Shown piece by piece: positions 8,883 through 17,857 of a DNA stretch of 64,000 nt. The notes under the pieces are model-generated. The model was not told the origin of the DNA and did not search any database. It worked only from the letters and a program-made list of their open reading frames with translations. How positions within the stretch are numbered: position 1 is the first letter of the stretch; every line of letters begins with the position of its first letter. The stretch is from NCBI GenBank assembly GCA_963736005.1, contig CAVTNB010000001.1, positions 928,001 to 992,000 on the forward strand, read 5' to 3'. The translations under genes and the position numbers were made by a program. The DNA comes from an uncultured Pseudomonadota bacterium. Lineage in GTDB: Bacteria > Vulcanimicrobiota > Vulcanimicrobiia > Eremiobacterales > Eremiobacteraceae.

Positions 8883-10026
8883 GTCTCGCGCCGTTGCGCT
8901 CTTCGGCGGCGTTCTCATCCTGATTGCCGCAAAGCCCGCTCTTGCAGTTCCGATCTTTGCGGAACGCTACGGCCTCTCGTGCAGTGCTTGCCATACCGCG
9001 GTCCCGGATCTCAACGCCTTCGGTAACGCGTTTCGTCGTCATGGCTTTGTCTTACCAAATGTTCCCATGCACAAGTCGTTTCCGCTGGCGCTGCGTTTTC
9101 AAGAAACCTATATGAAGGATCTTCCGCAGTCGGCCACGCGACGTTTCAACGCGCTTGCCATCCTCATCTCGAGCTTCAATTTCGGATCGCATCAGTCGTT
9201 TTCGTATTTTGGTCGTTATTTTTTCGGAAGTCAGGGCGCACCAGGCAGCCTCTACTACTCGTGGGTGCAGCACGTGGATCCCGCTACCGGGCTGTACGAG
9301 CGGATTGGCTTGTTCAGTCTGCCGCTTATCGCCAATCCGACACAGCGTCTCGACACTATTACTCCACAACCAGCATACACGTACGAGGTTGGCCACAGTA
9401 GCGCGAACCTGGCCGATCCGCGTTGGGGGCTGATGGTTGGGCAACGGACGAGCCGCCTCGATCTTGACCTTGCATTTTCCACCGATGAGTATCACGGTGC
9501 AGCGTACGGAGCTCCCACCCCGCCCGGCGACCTCGCCCAGCGCTATGCATATCCGGAGCTCTTTGCCACCGCGACGACGGCGCTCGGTAGTGAATTCCGC
9601 GTTGGCATGCTCTCTCTCGAAGGCACGCGCAGCTTCACCTCCCGATCCAGCGGCGCCAAGTTCTCCGACTCTTACTATCGCAACGGCTTGCAAGCGGGAT
9701 GGAGTTCCGGGCCTTTCGATTTGGCCGCCCAGCAGATTTGGGGCCACGACAGCAACACAGATGGCTTTGGAACGCAGCAGGCCTCCAGCGCTGGCTTCGC
9801 AACGTTTAAGTATCGGCCAACGTCGCATTCCTATATTGGCGTACGCTATGACGCCGCGGCTAATCCGTTTGCGACTCGCGATTGGGCTTTTTATGGCGCC
9901 GTGGCCGTTACGCATCAATCTCGCTTGGTCTTGGAACACATCATGCCCATTAACGCCGTGGGTGCACAACAGCAAACAAACGCACAGCTCTTGTTTGCCC
10001 TGCCGGATCCCAATTGGGTTAAATAA
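8872..10026 (+). CDS. Cyc2-like monoheme cytochrome c-porin fusion
   Basis: Signal peptide then AVPIFAERYGLSCSACHTAVPDLNAFGNAFRRHGF; remainder has alternating aromatic-rich beta-strand pattern. Confidence 0.75.
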   Translation: MFSRSRAVALFGGVLILIAAKPALAVPIFAERYGLSCSACHTAVPDLNAFGNAFRRHGFVLPNVPMHKSFPLALRFQETYMKDLPQSATRRFNALAILISSFNFGSHQSFSYFGRYFFGSQGAPGSLYYSWVQHVDPATGLYERIGLFSLPLIANPTQRLDTITPQPAYTYEVGHSSANLADPRWGLMVGQRTSRLDLDLAFSTDEYHGAAYGAPTPPGDLAQRYAYPELFATATTALGSEFRVGMLSLEGTRSFTSRSSGAKFSDSYYRNGLQAGWSSGPFDLAAQQIWGHDSNTDGFGTQQASSAGFATFKYRPTSHSYIGVRYDAAANPFATRDWAFYGAVAVTHQSRLVLEHIMPINAVGAQQQTNAQLLFALPDPNWVK

Positions 10027-10030
10027 GAAA

Positions 10031-10050
10031 GGGCGGCTTTACAGTCGCCC
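10031..10050. repeat. REP family D copy, possibly acting as terminator
   Basis: GGGCGGCTTTACAGTCGCCC just after the stop at 10026. Confidence 0.7.
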
Positions 10051-10117
10051 AGCATCGCTTGCGCCAGATGTTCTAGACATATTCCCACGCTGAGGGACGG
10101 CAATAGCTGAATTTAGT

Positions 10118-10146
10118 TTGACAAATGCTCTATTCCGTACTATTGT
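10118..10146 (+). promoter_or_regulatory. Sigma70-type promoter of the ytr-like operon
   Basis: TTGACA (10118-10123), 17 bp spacer, TATTGT (10141-10146). Confidence 0.7.
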
Positions 10147-10166
10147 ACTAGTGTACTAGTTCAATA
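10137..10166. promoter_or_regulatory. Probable YtrA-family GntR operator
   Basis: Three GTACTA repeats (GTACTATTGTACTAGTGTACTAGTTC) overlapping the -10/+1 region upstream of a YtrA-like gene. Confidence 0.55.
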
Positions 10167-10197
10167 GCGAATTAGTCAACCGCAGAGGAGCACCATC

Positions 10198-10314
10198 ATG
10201 AACACCACAGTGCGCGTCCTTCCGAACACCGAGCACAAAGCCGAAGACCACTCTTTCGTAGGCATTCCCACCAGCACGTCGACGGTCTTCGCAGGCTGGG
10301 GCCCGAGGCTCTAA
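10198..10314 (+). CDS. Unannotated 38-aa small protein, first ORF of the ytr-like operon
   Basis: RBS GAGGAG 10185-10190; MNTTVRVLPNTEHKAEDHSFVGIPTSTSTVFAGWGPRL; stop 5 nt before the GntR ATG. Confidence 0.65.
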   Translation: MNTTVRVLPNTEHKAEDHSFVGIPTSTSTVFAGWGPRL

Positions 10315-10319
10315 CCAAC

Positions 10320-10742
10320 ATGCCAGCCATCTTCACGGTCGACCCGCACACCGGGGTCCCGATCTACCTCCAGCTCATCGAGCAAGTGAAGCGATCGGTA
10401 GCCCTGGGTGTGCTTTCGGCCGGCGAGCGGCTTCCAACGGTAAAGCAGCTAGCGTTCGATCTCACCATTAATCCTAACACCGTTGCCCGCGCTTACCGCG
10501 AGCTCGAGCGCGACGGCATCATCGAAACAAATGTTGGACGCGGCTCGTTTGTCCGCTCGCAGGGCGCCAGCGCTCGCGCTGCAACAGCGCTCGCCGACGT
10601 TTCGGCCTCCGCTATCGATACAGCTGTCCGCGAGGCGAAGTCGCTCGGTTTGAAGCGAAATCAGCTACACGATTTATTCAAAGAAGCTCTCGACCGCTGG
10701 TATTCGCCAAACGGCGAAGCCGAGGAGCGAAACAACTCATGA
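10320..10742 (+). CDS. GntR family regulator, YtrA subfamily
   Basis: PIYLQL, GERLPTVKQLA, INPNTVARAYRELERDG; short C-terminal domain. Confidence 0.92.
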   Translation: MPAIFTVDPHTGVPIYLQLIEQVKRSVALGVLSAGERLPTVKQLAFDLTINPNTVARAYRELERDGIIETNVGRGSFVRSQGASARAATALADVSASAIDTAVREAKSLGLKRNQLHDLFKEALDRWYSPNGEAEERNNS

Positions 10743-11662
10743 CCGCAGATTCACCGAACCCCGTGATCAGTGTGCGGGGACTCAGCAAGCGATACGGCAC
10801 CACGCGTGCCGTCAACGATCTGAGCTTTGAGGTTTCCAAAGGCTCGATTTTTGGTTTGCTCGGCACGAACGGTGCCGGTAAGACGAGTACCTTCAAGTGT
10901 CTCTTGGGACTAGCACGGCCAAACGTTGGCGAAGTATTTTTCAATGGCCGGCCCCTCGCGCCAGAAATGTTCGAATCCATCTCATACGTTCCCGAGCAAC
11001 CCGCGTTGTACGAGGGGATGACTGGCCAGGAGCATCTTGACTGCGCGCGCCACGCCTTTCGCAACTACGATGTTGCCACCGCGAAGCACCTGGTTGACTT
11101 GTTTGGATTCGACGTCCGCAAGAAAGCCAAACAGCTTTCGAAGGGTCAAAAGAGCGCTTTGGCTATTACGCTTGCGTTTGCGATTAGGCCTGAAATTCTC
11201 GTGCTCGACGAGCCCTCGGCCGGTCTGGACCCAGTCCATCAACGCCATGTGCTTGATTTGATGATCGATGCCGCTGCTGGCGGCGGCACGGTTCTCTTCT
11301 CTTCTCACCAGATCGGCCAAGTCGAGCGCGCCGCCGATCATGTCGCCATCATGCATCGTGGCCAAGCCGTGCTTCAGGGTGACGTCGAACAGCTTCGGGC
11401 CGATGAGAAAGTCATCGAAGCCACCTTCGACGGCTCGGCGCCACTCATTGGAGGTTTGGAATCTGACCCTCATGTCCGGCGAGTAACGCGACAAGGTCGG
11501 TTGTTGCGGGTCTACGTTACTGCCGGTGAAAATGGCGTCGCCAGCATGGTGAATAGGGCGAGCCCGACCAGCTTGCGCGTTATGAATCAAAATTTGGAAG
11601 ATATCTTTTTAGCGGCGGTTGGCGACGAGGCGCCGGCCACACAAAGTATGGAGAGGGGCTAA
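10739..11662 (+). CDS. ABC transporter ATP-binding protein (YtrB-like)
   Basis: GTNGAGKT, LSKGQK, LDEP, SSH motifs. Confidence 0.92.
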   Translation: MTADSPNPVISVRGLSKRYGTTRAVNDLSFEVSKGSIFGLLGTNGAGKTSTFKCLLGLARPNVGEVFFNGRPLAPEMFESISYVPEQPALYEGMTGQEHLDCARHAFRNYDVATAKHLVDLFGFDVRKKAKQLSKGQKSALAITLAFAIRPEILVLDEPSAGLDPVHQRHVLDLMIDAAAGGGTVLFSSHQIGQVERAADHVAIMHRGQAVLQGDVEQLRADEKVIEATFDGSAPLIGGLESDPHVRRVTRQGRLLRVYVTAGENGVASMVNRASPTSLRVMNQNLEDIFLAAVGDEAPATQSMERG

Positions 11663-11664
11663 CC

Positions 11665-12495
11665 GTGTATTACAAAGAGTTCCTGCGCGTGCGCCGGCTG
11701 TTTGTCGGCTTTGCGATAACGATCGTGGCGATCATGCTTTTCATCCTGTTGTTGAGCGGTCACAGCCACGTTAATGTCAGCTCGATGGCTCCCTCGCACC
11801 ACGCGGGGATGGTTGCGGAAGCAGGGGCCAACGACAGAACAAACATCCGCGGACCGGGCATCGAGGTGTCGGACGCGGGCCACGGATTCCCATTTGCCGT
11901 CTTGTTTGCAATTGCGGCCGTTGCCGCGGCGATCTTCGCGACGATTTTGGGCTGCTTTTTGGCTACCGAAAATAACGGTCACCTCGAGATCGCTTGGACC
12001 CGACCCGCCTCTCGAACCCAATATGCGCTTGCGGCCGTCGTCGCCGACGTTATTGGCATCCTTGCCGCATTCGCGTTTGTCGTGCTGGTTGAGGCCGTGC
12101 TGTTTTCCTTGAAGGGTTGGTGGCACTTCGCCTACATGGATCCATCGTTTTACCCGACGCTTGGTCGCTTTCTACTGTATCCGCTGGCGTGGTACGGTTT
12201 GGTGGCCGGCATTACTGCCTCGATGCGGGGCGGCGGTCTCGCGGCTGGGTTGGCTTGGCCGGCGGCTTCGATTCTCATCGTGCTCTCAAGCTTGAATCTC
12301 CCGCCGGCCATCCATACTATCCTCGGGCTGCTCGACTATCTCAATCCCATGATGTATGGCACCTATGCAGCCGGCAATGAGGCGGCGCGACACGTCATGA
12401 TGATGTCGCCTGCCGACGCGACGCTTGGGTTAGTGGGCATTACCGTTCTTGGTCTTTGTGCGGCACTCGTCCAGTGGCGCAGATTGGAGGCATAA
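11665..12495 (+). CDS. ABC-2 type permease
   Basis: About six hydrophobic segments; follows the ATPase gene. Confidence 0.8.
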   Translation: MYYKEFLRVRRLFVGFAITIVAIMLFILLLSGHSHVNVSSMAPSHHAGMVAEAGANDRTNIRGPGIEVSDAGHGFPFAVLFAIAAVAAAIFATILGCFLATENNGHLEIAWTRPASRTQYALAAVVADVIGILAAFAFVVLVEAVLFSLKGWWHFAYMDPSFYPTLGRFLLYPLAWYGLVAGITASMRGGGLAAGLAWPAASILIVLSSLNLPPAIHTILGLLDYLNPMMYGTYAAGNEAARHVMMMSPADATLGLVGITVLGLCAALVQWRRLEA

Positions 12496-12498
12496 CTC

Positions 12499-12636
12499 AT
12501 GCAGCTCTTTGGAACAACCTTCAACATGGATCTTGGTAGCTTTCGACTGCGCATCGCATTTGGGCTTGACGACCGCAGCGCCGATGTTGGTCCGACCCGC
12601 GTCGAGGACTTGCCCCGGTTGGAGCTTACGACGTAG
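12499..12636 (+). CDS. Unannotated 45-aa small protein, last ORF of the ytr-like operon
   Basis: GGAGG 12486-12490; ATG 3 nt after the permease stop; MQLFGTTFNMDLGSFRLRIAFGLDDRSADVGPTRVEDLPRLELTT. Confidence 0.55.
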   Translation: MQLFGTTFNMDLGSFRLRIAFGLDDRSADVGPTRVEDLPRLELTT

Positions 12637-12642
12637 GTTTTT

Positions 12643-12690
12643 GTCGCGATAAATTCGAGACACTACACGACGATGAATTTATTCGCGCGC
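12643..12690. repeat. REP family A copies, one overlapping the AKR stop codon
   Basis: GTCGCGATAAATTCGAGACACTACA and GAATTTATTCGCGCGC. Confidence 0.7.
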
Positions 12691-13623
12691 CGTGATCGAA
12701 TCGATGGCTGCCAACACCTCGGGAGCAAGGTGCGCCTCGCCGGCGCGAACGTTGGTCTCCACTTGGCTCGCATTCATCGCTCCGGCGATAACGCTGCCGA
12801 TATACGGGCGGCTTGCCAGCCAGCCGATCGAAAGCTCCGTCATACCGTGGCCGTGAGATTGGGCTAGCGCCGCAAGCTTCTCGACGATGGTCCAGTTGCG
12901 TTCGTTGAGATTCGTTGTTTGCGCTTGCGGATTGTTTGTAATTCGCGCACCCTCGGGTAGCGGCTGACCCTTTCGATACTTTCCCGTGAGCAAGCCACTC
13001 GCCAGCGGAAAATATGGCAGGATGCTCAGGCCAAATGCTTGGCACGCTGGCACCAGCTCGGCCTCAATAGAGCGATCGACGAGATTGTACTGGTTTTGAG
13101 CGCTGACAAAATGGGTGAGGTTGCGAAGCTCTGCGACGTAGTGAGCCTGCGCGGTTTGCCAGCCCGAAAAATTCGAGTGGCCCACGTAACGCACCTTACC
13201 ATGATGCACGAGGTCGTTTAAAGCGTCCATCGTCTCTTCGATGGGCGTTCTTGGGTCGGGAAGGTGGATCTGATAGAGATCGATGTAATCGGTCCCGAGT
13301 CGTTTGAGGCTGGCGTCGATGGCCTTCATGATGTAGCCGCGCGAAGCGCCGCTGCGCATTGGGCCCTCACCCATTTTCCCCGCAAACTTCGTCGCGATAA
13401 GCACCTGATCTCGCTTGCCCGCCAGTGCTTTGCCGAGATACTCCTCAGAAACTCCACGCGGTCCATAGGTGTCTGCCGTGTCAAAGAGGTTGATGCCGAG
13501 CTCGATCGCTTTCTGCACGACCGCGGTTGCGGCTTCTTGATTGGCGCGCGGCCCAAAGTTGTTGCATCCTACGCCCACAATGGAAACCAACAGGCCCGAT
13601 CTTCCCAGATTGCGATACTCCAT
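12679..13623 (-). CDS. Aldo/keto reductase
   Basis: LGRSGL, FDTADTY, IATKF, SLKRLGTDYIDLYQIH, YFPLASGLLTGKY. Confidence 0.95.
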   Translation of the reverse strand: MEYRNLGRSGLLVSIVGVGCNNFGPRANQEAATAVVQKAIELGINLFDTADTYGPRGVSEEYLGKALAGKRDQVLIATKFAGKMGEGPMRSGASRGYIMKAIDASLKRLGTDYIDLYQIHLPDPRTPIEETMDALNDLVHHGKVRYVGHSNFSGWQTAQAHYVAELRNLTHFVSAQNQYNLVDRSIEAELVPACQAFGLSILPYFPLASGLLTGKYRKGQPLPEGARITNNPQAQTTNLNERNWTIVEKLAALAQSHGHGMTELSIGWLASRPYIGSVIAGAMNASQVETNVRAGEAHLAPEVLAAIDSITARE

Positions 13624-13664
13624 GGCAGCGCTTTAGCCACACGACGGCGGGATTCCGGCGCGGA

Positions 13665-14213
13665 CTAGCGGTCCACGCAACTGCGTTTGACATGCAGGGC
13701 GGCGAGGGGCGCGGTGAGATTGAGTTGGTCATCGCACAGGGCGCAAAACTCGTTCCCGGGGCCAAGAACCATTCGTCGCTGCCACAAAGATGCGCCGCCG
13801 GGGAGCGCTTGTTCTAAGATTTGGTACAGTTGCCCGTAACTGAGACCATCCGGCTTGTCGAACCAAAACGCATGCTGCGCCGAGAAGTTGACCAACCCAG
13901 AGCGGTGCCCATACACTCCGCCAGCTCCCCAGCTGGCGAAGACGGCAAGACGGTCGTGCGGCGTCTGCGCTGCGGCATGAACGGCAGCGTCATTGAGCCG
14001 ATCGAGCGCCGCCGAATTTTCCAGGACATACCAGTCCTCGTAGGCATGGGGTCGCGGAATCCAAGGCAGGTCACGAACGCGAAAGCTCTGCGACCTTACG
14101 AAACCTTCGATGTCTGCTCGCTGCAGAGCGCGATGAAATTCCGCGAGTTGACTTTCGTATTCGGCGCTGTCCGTCGCCGGAGCTTTGGTGTGCCAGAACA
14201 AATAGGCGAGCAT
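13665..14213 (-). CDS. Hypothetical protein
   Basis: MLAYLFWH, YEDWY, LWQRRMVLGP; co-oriented with the AKR gene. Confidence 0.7.
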   Translation of the reverse strand: MLAYLFWHTKAPATDSAEYESQLAEFHRALQRADIEGFVRSQSFRVRDLPWIPRPHAYEDWYVLENSAALDRLNDAAVHAAAQTPHDRLAVFASWGAGGVYGHRSGLVNFSAQHAFWFDKPDGLSYGQLYQILEQALPGGASLWQRRMVLGPGNEFCALCDDQLNLTAPLAALHVKRSCVDR

Positions 14214-14255
14214 TTCGCGGGGCGTTGCAGGGCGGGGAGCGCGGGACCTCCATAA

Positions 14256-14399
14256 GGGCGACTTAACAGTCGCCCACTACGGTGGAAGAGGACGACTTGA
14301 CAGTTGCCCACTATGGTAGAAAAAAATGAGGGCCGTGGCGGGAACGGCCCTCGGGGGACGGGCCCGTGGCAGGCGGGCGATTTTGCAATCGCCGCCTAC
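14256..14399. repeat. REP cluster (two family D, one family C)
   Basis: Copies at 14256-14280, 14290-14314, 14375-14399. Confidence 0.75.
14320..14352 (-). terminator. Intrinsic terminator downstream of the lipoprotein gene
   Basis: Minus strand GAGGGCCGT-7nt loop-ACGGCCCTC followed by ATTTTTTT. Confidence 0.7.
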
Positions 14400-14414
14400 G
14401 GGGCTTTGGGGGAA

Positions 14415-15485
14415 TTAGCGAACCACGTGCCAGTCGACGATGAGACCTTGCGAACCGTTGGCGTATGTGATGACGCCATTGCCGTACTGGTCCACCGTGA
14501 ACGTCGCGACGGGGTTGTTCGAGGGATCGGTGATCTGACCGTTGATGGCGACGGTCGGGGGCGTGCCGCTCGAGGTCACGACGATCGAGTCGCCGTTCCA
14601 GAGCGTCCCTGTAATGTTGACGGATACGATGTCGCAGTTCGAGTCGAATTCAACCGATCCTGAGACGTTGGTCGTGCCGAGCGTTGTGCCGCCCGAGACG
14701 GTGAAGGGCGGAGCAGACGACAGCGTCAGCGAGCCCATCGGTCCACGGATGAACGTGCCAGCGTGCGAGCCAGCGAACGTCACATCCCCAGAGCCATCCA
14801 GGGTTATCGTGCCATTGGACAGCACGCCCATGTGGCCGTACGAGTGAGAGAGGTTGGCATTGTTCACCACTCGGCCGGAATTCGCGGAGAGTGTGTAGAC
14901 GTTCGAGCTCTGCGGAGCAACGGTGAACTGCCGGCCAAACTCGATCGTGGCACTGGTCGAGGTACCGATGTACACATCGCTTGTCACGACGGCTGAGAAG
15001 TTGCCCGGTGCGCCGGTGATTGCATAGTTCGTTGCGCGCGTGCTGAGCAGCGTGCCGGAGAGATTGTAATTCTTCGCGGTGCGCACGATCGACTCGCTCG
15101 ATGAGCTATTCATGGTTACAAGAGAAACCACGTCGCGGGCGAGCTCCGTGCATCCATTGTCATAGAAGTATTTGGTTTCGTACTGGGTTTGGGTCGGGCT
15201 GATGATGGTCACCGTGTGCTCGATACCGTTTCTGCACGAGCCCGCGGATTGGGCTGTGGAGGCGGCGGTGAGCGCAACACCCATGTTGCCGTTGAACAAT
15301 CCGGCATCAAGTGTTCCGGCCTCGATTGGATCGAAAGCGGCTTCCGTGCCGCCCTGGGCGACGTCTTGCTTGGACACGCTTTGGTCAGTCGAGCCAGAAT
15401 TCGAAGCTCCACCGAGTCCACCAGCGCCGCTGCAACCGGCGATGGCGACCGATGCGAGAATCGCGAGAAGAATGCGCGTTCGCAT
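14415..15485 (-). CDS. Ser/Thr/Gly-rich lipoprotein, probably beta-rich
   Basis: Lipobox IAGC; low-complexity N-terminal linker. Confidence 0.8.
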   Translation of the reverse strand: MRTRILLAILASVAIAGCSGAGGLGGASNSGSTDQSVSKQDVAQGGTEAAFDPIEAGTLDAGLFNGNMGVALTAASTAQSAGSCRNGIEHTVTIISPTQTQYETKYFYDNGCTELARDVVSLVTMNSSSSESIVRTAKNYNLSGTLLSTRATNYAITGAPGNFSAVVTSDVYIGTSTSATIEFGRQFTVAPQSSNVYTLSANSGRVVNNANLSHSYGHMGVLSNGTITLDGSGDVTFAGSHAGTFIRGPMGSLTLSSAPPFTVSGGTTLGTTNVSGSVEFDSNCDIVSVNITGTLWNGDSIVVTSSGTPPTVAINGQITDPSNNPVATFTVDQYGNGVITYANGSQGLIVDWHVVR

Positions 15486-15667
15486 AGTTTTACTAACCCT
15501 TTCTCATGGACTTTTCATTCGCCGATTGTGTCAGCGGCATGCCGTCTTGGCATGCAGGTCCTTAAGGGTTAGGATACGATTCCGCCGGGTGGCGTGCATG
15601 AGGTGAAACTGAGGACACTATGAGATTTTGCCCAGATTTTGTCTGGGGCGCGAATTGATTCGAGACC

Positions 15668-16168
15668 TTACCGTAGCAGTTTCTCCATGGCCATTACGTC
15701 GATGAAGCGACCATCGAGCGTGCCTTGGTCCTCGAACGTGCCGACCTCTCGAAAGCCGCGCTTCCGATAGAGCGCTTGCCCGGCCTCATTAAAAGGAAAC
15801 GTGAAGAGGACGATTTTGTGAAAGTTGTGGCGACGGGCACGCCCCTCGATATCGTCGAGCAGGAGTTCGCCGATGCCACTGCCCCGCGCGGAGCGCTCCA
15901 CATAGACCGAAAGGTCCGCAACGCCGTCATACGCGCACCGATGCGAGTACGGGTTGAGCGCCGCCCAACCGACCACCTCACTCCCTCGCTGTGCGACGAT
16001 GACATCGTAGCGCTCCGACTGGCGCCCCAACAATTCGCGGACCTGTGATTCGGTCTTGCGATCGGCCTCGAGGGTTGCGATCCGATCCTCAATCCCCTGG
16101 TTGTATATCCGCGTGATGGCTCCCATGTCGGCATCGTTCGCCTTGCGGATAACCAGGGTCTCACTCAT
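15668..16168 (-). CDS. Phosphinothricin/arsinothricin N-acetyltransferase-like GNAT (ArsN1 family A-like)
   Basis: IYNQGIEDRIATLE, YSHRCAYDGVADLSVYV, LFTFPFN motifs. Confidence 0.75.
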   Translation of the reverse strand: MSETLVIRKANDADMGAITRIYNQGIEDRIATLEADRKTESQVRELLGRQSERYDVIVAQRGSEVVGWAALNPYSHRCAYDGVADLSVYVERSARGSGIGELLLDDIEGRARRHNFHKIVLFTFPFNEAGQALYRKRGFREVGTFEDQGTLDGRFIDVMAMEKLLR

Positions 16169-16778
16169 GCGCGCACGCCTTTCCCTGGACGGCCTCGAGC
16201 CCTTCGCGGATGATTATAGGAACCATGATCGCAGCGGCGATCGGATCTGCCCACCACAGACCGAAGGCAGCATTGAGGATAAGGCCGACGAGCGCGATGG
16301 CGGACAGATACGCGCAGAATTCGGTCTGCTTTGAGTCCGCGACAAGCGCATGGCTACCGAGTCCATCAGCCACGCGGCGCTTGGCCTGCCGCAGCCACAC
16401 CATTGCTCCAAACGATCCCAGCAAAATGACAATGCCGAAGACAGAGCGATGCGGCCGATCGTGCCAAACGAGGCTTGCGATCGAATCGTATGCGATGTAC
16501 GCGGCTAATGCGAGCAAGAGAGCGCCTACGATCTGCAGACTGAGTCGTTCTCGCCGCTGTTGTCGCTCATCCGCAACGCCGGAGATGCCCCACAGGACAG
16601 CACCGGCCGAGCCGGCTTCGATGAGGCTGTCAAGCCCAAAGCCAAGGAGCGCGATGCTACCGGCGGCGACACCCGCTGGAATGGCCAGGATCGCTTCGAG
16701 CAGTGCCAGGATGATGGAAAGGACGCTGAGCCGCCTGCCAACCCGAAGGACAGCGTTGCGCTCTGAGGCTGACAGCAT
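16161..16778 (-). CDS. Cation diffusion facilitator, transmembrane domain only
   Basis: ATG 16778 overlaps the upstream TGA; GSIALLGFGLDS, ALVADSKQT, WWADP. Confidence 0.8.
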   Translation of the reverse strand: MLSASERNAVLRVGRRLSVLSIILALLEAILAIPAGVAAGSIALLGFGLDSLIEAGSAGAVLWGISGVADERQQRRERLSLQIVGALLLALAAYIAYDSIASLVWHDRPHRSVFGIVILLGSFGAMVWLRQAKRRVADGLGSHALVADSKQTEFCAYLSAIALVGLILNAAFGLWWADPIAAAIMVPIIIREGLEAVQGKACAHE

Positions 16779-17782
16779 CAGACAAGCGCTTTGGCAAGTT
16801 CCGTGAACGAGCGGTCGTACCGATAGACGATGCCAAGATGCGAGTCGTCGAACTCTTCGTAGATATATTTGATGCCGAGTTCGTCGAGGCGCGAGCAGAA
16901 AATCCGCGCGCCAATATGCAAGTTCCACTCGTCTCGCAGCCCCGCATCGAGGTAGATCTTCTTCATCGAGCGCAAGGCGTCGGCGTGTTCGCGAGCCATA
17001 TGGACGGGATCGTTGGCTTCCCAGCGAGGCCACACGTCACCCCGAATCTCGCCGCTGGGGATCTGCACCGGCACGTCAATGCCCAGAGGCGCGTTTGGAT
17101 TCGGAGAGTAACATGCGGCCATGGCCAGGATGTTGAGCACGTCCATTGCTTCCTTGGTTTTTTTCGGAAGCGCTTCAAAGGATTGGAGGAAAGCTTCAAC
17201 GCCGCCGGCTTTTTGAATGCCTTGCGTAAATTTTGGGAAATCGGGCAGATAACAGTAGGCAAAATATGCGTCGCCCGCGTGCGAGCCAAGCGCCCCGAAG
17301 ATCTCCGGGTGTCGCATCGCAAGTCGCAGGGCGCCATAGCCCCCGCTTGATTTTCCGGTGACGCCGCGGTGGTCGCGCCCCGGCTTGGTGCGCAGCTGTT
17401 CGTCCACAAACGGCACGAGTTCTTCGGTGATGTAGGTTTCGTACTGGCCCGTTGCACTCGAATCGGCATACTGGCTGCCGCCAAGGCGCGTGAAGCAGTC
17501 TGGCAGCACGCAGATGCAGGGAGGCATAGCACCCTTATTGATGAGTCGATCCAGACGCCGGTCGATGCTTTCCGCCCAGGGGTCGTAGTTGAACATCATC
17601 CTCCCACTGCCCGTGAATCCCGACAGCCAATAGATGACCGGATAGCGATCCTTCGATCGGCTATAGGCTGGGGGCACGTAGCAGTAGAGGTCGCGATCGG
17701 CCGGATCGCCGAGCGCATTGCCCCTGAGCACGTTGGATTTGTGGGGCAGGACGAGAACTTCGCCGCGTTCTTGTACATTCAT
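16778..17782 (-). CDS. Putative esterase (Fes-like alpha/beta hydrolase)
   Basis: YVPPAY, RYPVIY, GKSSGGYG nucleophile motif, DAG..DE, DSH. Confidence 0.85.
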   Translation of the reverse strand: MNVQERGEVLVLPHKSNVLRGNALGDPADRDLYCYVPPAYSRSKDRYPVIYWLSGFTGSGRMMFNYDPWAESIDRRLDRLINKGAMPPCICVLPDCFTRLGGSQYADSSATGQYETYITEELVPFVDEQLRTKPGRDHRGVTGKSSGGYGALRLAMRHPEIFGALGSHAGDAYFAYCYLPDFPKFTQGIQKAGGVEAFLQSFEALPKKTKEAMDVLNILAMAACYSPNPNAPLGIDVPVQIPSGEIRGDVWPRWEANDPVHMAREHADALRSMKKIYLDAGLRDEWNLHIGARIFCSRLDELGIKYIYEEFDDSHLGIVYRYDRSFTELAKALV

Positions 17783-17857
17783 GATGACGATTTATACGAG
17801 CGAACCTGAAGGTCCGCTGCTTCGCTTCTCATTCAGGCAAGGTTATGAAGCGCGAGC

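Noticed and set aside
10198..10314. RiPP precursor cluster
   Set aside because: No YcaO, lanthipeptide, radical SAM or lasso maturation genes nearby; kept only as a small ORF
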